64,000 bases of DNA from assembly GCF_964204645.1 (NCBI RefSeq), contig NC_134025.1:20125101-20189100 (forward strand), given 5' to 3'. A program made the position numbers and the translations under genes. The first letter of the stretch is position 1. Each line of letters opens with the position of its first letter. The notes below the pieces were generated by a model. The model was not told the origin of the DNA, searched no databases, and saw only the letters and a list, made by a program, of their open reading frames with translations. This DNA is from Tubulanus polymorphus (Eukaryota; Animalia; Nemertea). Positions 14,801-26,800 of this stretch are shown here, in pieces.

Positions 14801-17800
14801 GGGAACGACCCTGTTTCACCATGGTATTTCATGCTGAATGACATTTTATCACTAGAGCATTGCTACGCAAGAGTCAGGTAAGAGACGCTAAACCACCTGC
14901 TACCATTTTCATGAACGTCAGGGTATCGACAGCTGATGCAGTATGTCTAAATTTCGATATTTTTACCACTGGACATGCAAAACTATCCTTTTTTAAATGA
15001 AAAATTAAAAAAAGATTTGATCTTATCTGGGTTAGCGTTGTACATAGTTTTTTTCATAAACAGAATTCGCTGCAAAGTAGTGATTTATATGCATACGGTT
15101 TGACTTTACTTGGCCTTGTTAATAGCTTATGCTGACATTCAGTTATAGTTTCATTTCATATCATTAATCATCAAGACAAAAGTAATCACCTCCTGTCAGC
15201 CGGTTCAGCCAACACGAGCAGTTAACGATAAACCATACACTGCAAATCCATTTGTGACGTCACCATCGTTGTAGCATGGTCGAATCCCACATTTAGTAAA
15301 TTATATTTAACTTATCCGATGATCATCCTTGCCCCGAACTCGCTACGCCGATGATGTAAGAAACCCGAAATAAGTTTGATAAATTGAACGACAGGCTATC
15401 ATTGCATAATATTCTTTATTTACGCCAAGATATCACCAATCAGACTAAAATCTATATGACAGGCACACACCATTTCATTTTGCTCTTAACGCCACCCAGT
15501 CGACTATGTTGAAAAAATAGATCGTCCAGGTGACGACACTCTAACGACGTCGATCAAGTGTCGATCCCTGAGGAGGGGGGGTTCAGGGTTACAATTGACG
15601 GCTGCATTAGTTTGCTAAGGGATGTTTCCGACGTCAGTACAGGAAGCCCACAATATCGTAGCCCAAAGCGCTCCTGGATCAACACTGCACAAGATGACCG
15701 TTTCAGCCCAGCGGCCTACATCCATTGCCTATGCAAGTTCCATGTCGGCAGAGACACCAAACTAACAAATTGTACAAAAGAAGCACAGTACACCGCCCCA
15801 ACCGCTGCATTTACCGGCAAAAATGCCAGTTTTTGGATAGGAACCAGTTCGAAAAAGTCCTTCATCAGTCCCAAAGCTTGAGATGTTAGTGTCCAGACAA
15901 ATCTACACAAGCCTTCATACACGCTACTTCATGACCATAATGGAGTCAAATTCTTGGGTTATGGTGGTGAACCATATTATTGTTGCAGTGTATGGTATAC
16001 TTTGCCCAACATGAACAATTTTTGTTGTAATTTTTTCAATGGAGAACTCTCTCCATTAAATTAGTTTCAAACATAGCGTATCATTCTTCTTCTTTGAGTT
16101 ATATTACCCTCATCATCGCATTGTGATGCGCTGACCAACTTTGAATTTCGCTCGCCAGGGTTAAAACGCCTCTCGCTGAAGCTCAGCCAACACAAACCCT
16201 GGCCGCAGACCCTTCATTGGTCTATCTATTACCATGCCCAAGATTTCTTGTGCGGACAGGTTGCCGCTCAGCCACCCCGTCTATAAATCTAGCTAATCTA
16301 GTCAGATGTGTAGTATTCATAGAGCGAATCTGCTGGTGGAAAACGCATCTGATTGGCTTAATACGTAGACTGGTGGCCACTGGAGCAGCAACCTGTCCGA
16401 CATTTTGTTGACTTACTGAAATTGTTTGCTGATGTATTTGTTGTAAAAGAGACCAAAGAGCATTATCTGTAGGTGTAATCTCATTTTAGTGCCGAGACAT
16501 CTGAAGAGTATGCATCTCGGCCAAATAGCGGTAAAGTAGAATGTAGTCATGGTGGACGCGATATACAGTGGAAAAACACTCGAGGAGGCACACCACCTAC
16601 GATTACGTCCAATAACGATGAGTACTGCTTGGATAAGGGATTTAAGTTCATGTTTCAAAAGTTTGCTGATCAAGTCGATAGTATGTGTTGCTAATTATCG
16701 TTTTTTTAGTTTCTTTTCTGTTTAGAATATATACTGATGTTTGTCAATTTTTTCAGTCCTCAATTATATGATTGAAGAGATGGGATTATTTATGAGAGAA
16801 CAGTATAAACTTTCTGATGATGAACAATTTTCTCACGTTGGTTTACCTGCACAGGTAATTTCAAATAGCATAAGTAAAAATATCTTAGATATTGGAAGCC
16901 ATATCTCATTCTTGAATTTTAGTCGATGTGCTCTAGTTGATACGGCTTGAGTTTCATGAACTTTTATAAGATATCTATATTCAAATCGATTAAGTTAAAT
17001 CTTGAAGCTAATTCAATTCAGCAAAAAAATCAAATCCAATTCAATTTTATTTAGCAGGAATCATGGGGAAATAATTGACCAGAAGTATTTTTTCACATCG
17101 GCTGTCAGCGTTAATTGAAAAATGAGAAAAGAATATCTTGTTAGGTCCTCTCTGAAAATATGGTTCAATATCAGCCAATCCAAAGAATACATGTTCTTCG
17201 ATTTAATTGATAACATAAGTACCAAAGCTTCTTGGCCCGCAGGCCTCTTGTTATTATTTTATTATTATGAATAGGCACAGAGTTAAAAGGTGACTCGAGG
17301 ATCAGTCGCAAAAGGTTTAACTACCCGGTATTCTCTAATCTATTTTAGTTTCTCCATTTATTCAGTTTGTCTCAAATCGATTTAGGAGTTGATCTGTTTT
17401 GTGAAACCAGGCTCTGCACAAAGGTTGCCATCGCTAACTATTCGTTATTTTGATGCTGGTCTAGGATGAAGTTACCGTTTGTGGTCGGATTTGTTGCGAT
17501 TCTGTGGGTAAATTAAACTCGAAATCAGTTGTATTGCAAGGATCACAGGAGACATCAAGCGGACGTACGATTCCTCTGGACTTAACTGAATTACAGCAAT
17601 ACTCTTTATTTCCTGGACAGGTAACCTCATTGACATTTAGTGCATTCGTGTCTCACTTGTACTGCATCAGACCACACAACTCATAAGAATTCAGTGAATC
17701 GATTGCCTAGTATCAAAACACTAGTTATTGCGAAAGAATTTCGCTGCTCTTGATGCTTTGAAATGATTTGAACATTAGAATAGATCTTCAGGCTGAGATT

Positions 17801-20800
17801 CCAATAGTCTTAATGATCTTAGAAAAATTTGGACTACATTTTACGCTAACATGAATTTTTTAGGAACCGGTATACAGGTTTCACCTTACTGGTATTCACA
17901 TTGGCCTGACCAGTATACCTATATTTTGATTCTGAATTCAGGTAGTTGTTATGAATGGTATCAATAATATTGGTAATAGATTGGTCGTAAAGAAATTATA
18001 CGAGGTAATTCTACAGGTTTTCAATTTCATCTTCCGGCATGTTATTTTTTAATTTTTGAAAGATTATTTCATCGTTTTCCAATAGGCATTAATCAATTAC
18101 TGGCATTTGAGGAACTAAATCAACCTAAAACTTGTATTATTCATTTCGGTGTTTCTTTTCTAGCCTATAATGCCACCACCTATAGGACTTGAAAATGTTG
18201 TAGGTATGTTATTGATTTTCACCCTGGGTAGAAACCATTCCAAATTAACTAAATTAGTTGAACCAGCTCGAAAATATGATGAGTATTTAAGAAATGATTA
18301 CTTTTCACAATCACTGTTTATTGGTACTTATGAAAAAAGTGGCGGCAGAATTTTTCAAGGTGCATTGAATAGAAACCAGCCATTTTGGGTAGTTCCGTAG
18401 TACATGTAGTATTGATCATCAACCGGAATGTCATCGCATTTTTGGTTGCTCCTTCCTTATCTGGAAAACTGTTTTCCATGTTCTTAAGTTAATAGATTGT
18501 TATTTATTCTGCATTCATTATAGGTCCATTAAATGTTATGGTAGCTTGTGGTCCATTCACTACTTCTACCAGTCTTGCCTATGAACCCCTGGTAGATCTG
18601 ATAAAAGTGATTCAAGAGGACAGTCCCGATGTTTGTATATTCGTAAGTAAAACTCTGCATTTTTGGCGAACCGTAGGTTTGCCTATGCAAACGGTCTGAT
18701 GAAGCAGTTTTCATCGAAAATGAATAGAGTACCGGTGTGTCAACAAGGCACAAACATTGGCTGTTGAACCGATTGTGTTGATTTTTGGTTTCATGGTTTG
18801 GCTTAATGAGTTCTCGAGCCCACAAAAATTTCATAGTGATCAAGTTATTTTTAGGGGACTTATTCTTGAAAAACACGCAAAAACCCTGCTTTTTAGCACT
18901 TAGTAATGGCACGTTTTTATATATGACAATTTGCATGCTTGAAATTGAAATATATAAAAGTTCAATCCTTCCTGGAAGTGTCGCCGTTTTTAGTTCGACT
19001 GATCTCAATGTACTTTTCGACCTACATGCCCTCACTTTATAAACCCCCTAAATTTCCTCGCTTCTATTTATTTGAGTTGACCTTGTAACCTGAGCTACAA
19101 TGAATGTCATTGGCTGTTTGTGGGATATACGGGAAATTCCGGGAATTTCAGCGTCTCTGATGTAATTGGGAAAGCCTAATGTGAAACCCAAGACAAAACG
19201 GCGAACATTTTATTCGATTAGGTATCGTACGTTTGCTTATAATTTGTTCGTTGACACGAATATAATCGAGGAGGCTATTCAATTCAGTTGCAATTCTGAA
19301 CTAGCAAGTATGACGATACCAATGACAGGGTTCGTAGTGGGTATTCCAATCATAGCCGGTATTTTTTTATTTCTAGAAAAAAAAAAGTCCGTATATGTTT
19401 GATGGATGTATTCTGACTTGTGAAATTACGGCCAATCTAATACTGCGTCGCTAGTACATTTGTGTATACCCGCGTCAGCAGTCAGCGAATATAGGTTACA
19501 GTATATAGCTGTGGGTGTTAGTAATCACCTGAGTGAGTCTATATATAGCACAGTGACTCGGCAATGATAGTATACACAGATCTCTAACACATCTGCAGGC
19601 GCATATATTGTCAGCCTCATACATCTTCAATCCAAAATATAGCTGCAAAGCAGCGATAACGGGTTTTCTGGATGCATGTGATCGAAAGGAAAAATGAATT
19701 ACCGGGTATTCGATGGAAAAAAAAATGAGATGATTTGGATATTATCGGAGCAATCCTCTTTTTGGTTGAATGGTCTAACCCCAGTATAGTCCCCCGTGAT
19801 TTGGAAATTCTTGGAGCCCTCCTTTATTTACTTACTAAATGACGTCACAAACTGTTATTTCGCCGGTGCTTGTTGTCTAACAATTCAATTCAATTCTTTA
19901 TTTACAGTAACCTAATAAGTAATTTTAAGTTTAAATAGGATGGAAAGTACATTCAGACAATCTGTTGGTTCAGAGAGACCGTTATTACAGTATCAATTTA
20001 TACATTTCGTTTCGAAGCTGTCAGTTGCCGAATCTGAATGAAGATGAATTTTATTTGACGAAATCGGCGGAAAATATATAATAATAATAATCAACAGAAT
20101 TTCAAGAGGGTTTTCGACGAAAGTCAGAAAACCCTAATTTTATATTTAGTATAATATTTTTGACAATATATGCACTAAATGATTTAAGGCCCGGACACAC
20201 TGGGCGATTTCGTCGCCCGACGAAATCGCCGGTAAAATCGCCCAGTGTGTCCGAAATCGCCCGAATCCAACATGTTGGATTCTGTCGCCGGCGACAGAAT
20301 CGCCCAGTGTGTCCGGGTACGGCGATCAGTCGCCTCGAGCGCCGTATTAACCAGCCAATCACGGCTCTGATTTATTAAAGGTGGCGCTAGCAGCTGGTCG
20401 TTTCAAAATAAGCGGCGCTGTTCGTCGATTTCGTCACCGATGAAATCGCCCAGTGTGTCCGGGTCTGACGGCGATCAAATCGGTCATAAAATCGGCGACG
20501 ATTTCGTCGGCCGACGAAATCGCCCAGTGTGTCCGCGGCTTTAATGGTGAGCTACAGGGCCATTGGACCTTTATTTGCTAGTGTAGACAGTGAACCCGTG
20601 TTCAATGCAGGGTTCAGGCGTCACAATTGACCTTGAACTTGAACTACAGATGTTGCTTCTTACTACCGAAACTGCGTTAAGTGTAGACGCTACTCACAGC
20701 GAACGCAGGTTTTCGTTGGACCCGGGTACGTTGAAACCTGGGTACAACGCGCTAGTGTAGACGAGGTTTATATATGATACTGCAATTTTATAATTGAGAA

Positions 20801-23800
20801 GAAATAGATTATGACTATGAAATTTCCAGTTCCATTTAAAATATAACCATTTTATTCAGCCGGAATTTTTTATGTTTCTTTCTGATATACTTGGTTTGAT
20901 TGTTAGCTCCGCTGTGACCGAAGGTCAGTGGAGCTAATGGGTTAGTTGGTGGGTTCGTTCGTTCGTTCGTTCGTTCGTTCGTTCGTTCGTTCGTTCGTTC
21001 GTTCGTTCGTTCGTTCGTTCGTTCGTTCGTTCGTTCGTTCGTCTGTCAACTTTTTCTTCAAATCGCTACTTGTCCTACAGTTTTAATCAGATCAATTCCA
21101 AATTTGGTATGAATGTTCTATGGACCAAGGCCTATAAAGTTACAGAGCTATTTTTTGGATTTGTCCCCCAGGGAGTGGAGTTTCTATTTCTTCAAATGGC
21201 TATTCGTCCTACAGTTTTAATCAGATCAATTCAAAATTTGGTATGAATGTTCTATGGACCAAGGCCTATCAAGCTACAGAGCCAGTTGTTGGTAAGTTCT
21301 CCAGGGGGCGCCCCTGGGGGTGGAGTTTTTATTTCTTCAAATTGCAATTAGTCCTACAGTTTTAATCAGATCAAGTCCAAATTTGGTATGAATGTTCTAT
21401 GGACCAATACCTACAAAGTACAGAGGCTTTTTTGGATTTGGCCAAAAGGTGGCACCCCTAGGTATGCAGCTTCTATTTCTTCAAATCACACAGCGGAGCT
21501 ATATAAGCTGATAGGCTCCTTGTTTTATAAGCCATAAGAATATAATTTCTGTCTGGTACTCTTGATTTTATTTCAATATCAGATACCTGTCCTATAAATA
21601 TTAGATTTGATATTATAACACTAAATTGTTCATAATGCCAGCATCATTCGGTCCTGGTACTCTTGATTTTATTTCAATATCAGATACCTGTCCTATAAAT
21701 ATTAGATTTGATATTATAACACTAAATTGTTCATAATGCCAGCATCATTCGGTTTTGTGACTGGTGTTCATATTTTTGCCCACTTGGGCTTAAACCCCAA
21801 CAAGGGATTGTGCTCACCCATGCATCTTTGCAGAAGGAATTATGTTTTTGGGGAAAATTTTCAACACTGTCATTCATGTGACTCCACTCGAAATACCGGG
21901 TATCTGCAACCGAAAATTTAGCCAATCGAAATCAAAATCACAACCCAAAGGCTTCCTGGTATTATTCTGTCAACGGGTTTCAGCGAGCTCAGGGTGTCTC
22001 TGGACCCCTCATATCTTCACTAATGTTTGTTTCTATTTCTCATGTTTTATGCAGCTTGGACCATTCATTGACTGCAAGAATAAATTGGTTCAAGATTTTA
22101 CGGATTCAACGTACGACGAAATGTTTGCTAATCAAATAAAACAGATTGTACATGCCACAGAACGGTTAGTTTATGACATGTTTGAAACATGCTTTAGTTA
22201 ATGCATTATCATTCAGGTGGGCTAGAGCAGGAACCTGGTGTGTGGCGCTCTACCACCCACCGTCAGTATATCATTTTAGACTTTAATCAATTTATAATGG
22301 GACTCAAACATTTCCCATCTTCTCTCAATTCCTTACAATATATGTTACATATTTTTCCAGATGCAATACTCAATTAATATTTGTACCATCAAGTCGAGAT
22401 GTACATCATGATTTCATTTACCCCCAGCCACCGTTTCTGAGCGGTGATGATTCTACTGTGAGTAGTCCTGGCAATTTTTCATGTTTTTTCGTTGGTAGAT
22501 CTGTTATACTAGGCTTATATATAGGGACACATACAACAAGACAAGTATTACCATAAAGGTTAACTACTTTATTTGACGCACGAGCTTTCGCTACTAATGT
22601 ATAGTAGCTTCATCAGGTGAATAAGATTCATCAGCTACTATACATTAGTAGTGAAAGCTTGTGTGTGAAATAAGATAGTTAACCTATATAGTATTATTTA
22701 TTCTTCACCTTTATAACATGGCTCCTCTACGAATCTTCCTATCATGACTGGTAGAACAGTCAATCCTTGATTATCCTTTCATAACTGTCCATAACTTGCT
22801 GTTTGTTTGATTGTAGCGGGTCCATATGGTGTCCGATCCTTGTACGTTTTCCATCAATGGACTGATCATCGGTCTAACGTCTACGGATGTATTACTTCAC
22901 CTCGGGGGAGAAGAAATTTCGGTATTGTAAGTACCATACGTAAGAACCTCGTTAATATGAATATATATCATGGGCAAAGACCAATCAACTGATCAGGCTA
23001 GACAAAAATTCTAGTTGATTCATTTTCAATTACTGATGTGTTCAGGTTTTAAATGCAGGTAAAACCTGATCGTAAATTGAATGAATGGCGATAAAAGTTA
23101 TGATAAAAAATTGTTACTCTACAAGTACATACATTTTCAACAAACTCGATTGGTCTGTACCTGTAGGTCATAGCTATTTAATTGATATAACTATTGAAAT
23201 GATTTTTTGACGCCTAATAAAACGTTACCATTATGAAACCTAAACAATGTGAACCATTCAGCGTCATTTTTCAAACGACAACTGTAAATCGATGTGCAGA
23301 TGTGTACACATAAAAGCTAGTTGGCAAAACATTACTGACAAAGATGTAGAATGTCTTCCTGTGATTATATAATGAGCTCTATTTGAACGTCGAAATGTTA
23401 TATTGCATTGAATATCATTAGAAGACGCATTGTAATAGAAATGGAGGTATGATTATATCAGAAGTGGCAGGCATAGATAGAAATGATAAGTAAATCAGAT
23501 TATTCGGTTAGATGGCGGATGTATACACGATGCGGAAGTCTGATATAAAAGTCAGAACTCTGACTGTCAGAACCTGAACCTGAGTGGGAGTCAGAACCTG
23601 AATGGGGATGCCGGTGGAATGACGAAGCTATGTACAATCTGTGTAGGGCCGGCGTGAATTTTATCGGCGGCTGCAATCGATCAATAGAAAAATGTATAAA
23701 CATATTTACAAATTAAAAGAAATCTAAAATCGAGAATTTATTAATTGAAACAATCTAAAATATAAGAACACGACGTTTCGATCTCACACTAGAGATCATC

Positions 23801-26800
23801 GTCAGGTGTGAGATCGAAACGTCGTGTTCTTATATTTTAGATTGTTTAAATTGATAAATTCTCGATTTTAGATTTCTTTTAATTTGTAAATAGTGGATTT
23901 TTATCTTATCATCTGTTCACCACGTTTGAGTGTGGTTATCGTACCATATAATTTCAATATTCCAATGTTTTAGAAAATGTATTCGATATTAGGGCCGGGT
24001 ATGCCGGTTTCATGAGAACGATTCCCATTAGCAATTTATAATAGCATAGCTGTTGTATACGGCTCCGCGTCCACTGATCATATGAGTTTCAGGTGACAAT
24101 TCAATTCTTTATTGATACTTATGTTAAACATTACATGAGATTCCCAAATTCAATAAAGTTACAAATTTTAAAATAAGAAAACACAACATACAAAACACTA
24201 GTTAGTTACCTAATCGTTGGTGGTAAGCTTTTTATAATCGGATGGGCTTGTACCAACTATAAATATGATGTGGTTTGTGAAAATATCCGATCGTGAAACT
24301 AAACCACAGACAGGTTACTGACTAACAAAACACATGCGTAACTCATACAGAATAACATAAACAAGCCCATTGCCATTTCAAATGACGATATCTACTTTAA
24401 CCCAGACTCAAGGGATCGAGTGGCAGCCTCGGGACTTAATGCCAGGTCGACCTGCTACCCAATCGCCAAATCTCACAATTCCCCGGATTTCTTAAAACTT
24501 TGATTTCAAATTTCCAATCCCACATTAGCTTATCCCAAAAATTCTACATTTTTCGCAGGCGTCAAATAATTTATTAAAATTAATTTTCTTGTTTCTTTCA
24601 GTCCACCAGGATCTACAGATCGATTGACACGGCTATGTAAACATATAATTTCTCAGAGGAGGTATGTACACTATTAGAAAATGTTAGAAACTGCATCTAT
24701 GTATATTCACTAAAGCTCAGCTTATAAAGTTGTATACCACTGAATTGTTGTGTGATATACAACTTGTATAAGTTTTATTTCATTTTATTGAAGTTTCCAT
24801 GAATGTGTTGTGCAATAAAACTCTGTATGCAGTCAATAAATGATCAGTCAGTCCCAATGCTACAGAGTAAGCAGGGCGGAGTTTGCAGTGTAACGTTTCA
24901 TGTATTTAGCGCAATCGATTGATATGATGAACTGAATTTTTTTTTTTAATACATCACATGATACGGGATAAGGGCTGTGGCTTTGCTGATTTATTGTACA
25001 TGCAAAAATGAAATCTGAACTAACACATCTGTACAGCTTGGCCGCTTATACATGTACTGCTTTAAAACTATGACTTATATGCAGTCATCGACGTGTTCTC
25101 AATTTCTATGTGCACTTGACCCTAGTTTTTCTGCCAATTATTGGAACCACGGCTTTTTGGGCACGTAATCTACGGTGTTGTCATATCACGGAATCGCGGA
25201 ATTTTTTCATTTTCACTATGCATCGTAACCGTGTTTTTGCATGGTTGGACAATGCACCGGACGCATGTTTTCATTACCGGTACCTGGTAGGCCTATGTGA
25301 TAATCTATTACTATCGTCACTCAACAAATTAACGATAGGCCAGTAGTATACAAAATAGCGGTTCTGGCGCAGCCCATCCTTACCCCGGTATACCGTGTAC
25401 CCTCTCAAAGCTTTATCTCCACCTAAATACCCTAAGAAGACAACCCCTGTGGACCGCGGTTCTGGCGCAGCCCATCCTTACCCCGGTGTACCATGTACCC
25501 CCTCAAAGCTTTTTCTCCACCTAAATACCCTAAGAAGACAACCCCTGTGGACCATGGAAAACACGCCAAGGGGCCGGCAAACCCCCTCCGGCCCCTATTA
25601 ACCAACCGCTATAATGCACCTACAACAAAGTGTTATTTACATAGATATTTACAGTATATACAAGTATGTGAAACGCTCTGACCTGGAATTCACCTCTTAA
25701 GCTGACGCTATCAGCGGTGCGCTGCGACCTGATTGTCACTGATTGCGAAATAGCCTAGAAAGTTCTATGCTGACGCAGAAGCCGGCAAACAACCGAGACA
25801 TCGACAGGCAACCAGAGTCATGTCCCTTGGACATGGCCAGGCCGGCCAACACACCAGGTGAAGCGCATCTCGTGAGAGTCCTGGTTCACTCACCAAGGTG
25901 GATATAGATTCTGCGTGGTCAGAAATGGACACAGATCTGATCTATCAAAACCTGGTGAGTGACATTAAAGCCGGGTTGCCGAAAACCCTGAAACAGCGGA
26001 AATGTGAATTACGGAAGACGCTGTTCAAGAATGAAGCCAGCTCGAAAGAATTCTTCGGCCTAGTGAGAAAAATCAGCAAACTCAACAGGGCAAATCGGTT
26101 CTTTACAACAGCCAAGCAGATTATTACGGGTTCCCCGAGCAATCAAACGCAGGAGGATGCATTTCCGACTAAACGACGGGTGAAGGAATACTTCACGGAC
26201 CTGTATTCTAGTAAGCAGACCGGTCCTATTCCTAAGCCACCCGTCAAGAACGTTGCGTTCCCGTTCGATATGTCACCGATAACCGCAGCTGAAATCGAAA
26301 AAGCCTTGAAGAGCAGCAACCCAAAGTCCGCTCCAGGTCTAGACAGGATCAAATACGGACATCTCCGTCAGCACACCCATCGACTCGCGCGATTTTACAA
26401 CGACATACTAGATACGGGAAGGCCACCTTCGAAAATCTCGGCGTGGTGCACCAGTATTGTGACGCTTCTATTCAAGAAAGGGGACCGCCGGGATCCTGCT
26501 AACTATCGTCCGATTGCGGTTACAAGCGTGATCTCGAGGCTCCTTCATTGGATAATGGCGAAACGCATAGAACGCCACGTCATTAGGAACGGATTCATCG
26601 ACACTGCCGTACAAAAAGGATTCGTGTCGGGCCTTCACGGGACACTGGAACATTCTGAATTATTAGAGACTAAAATCATCGAAGCCGAAAAAACTGAAAA
26701 TGACTCATTTGTGACTTTATTTGACCTTAAAAATGCATTCGGTTCAATCGAACACGAACTGGTAAGTGAAACGCTATCTGTCATTGGAATTCCCGCAAGC

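Noticed and set aside
25395-25681. ORFs MYPLKALSPPKYPKK... in the left TIR and their mirrors at 41501-42132
   Set aside because: They are translations of the 98-bp tandem unit, start at non-ATG codons and show no protein features.
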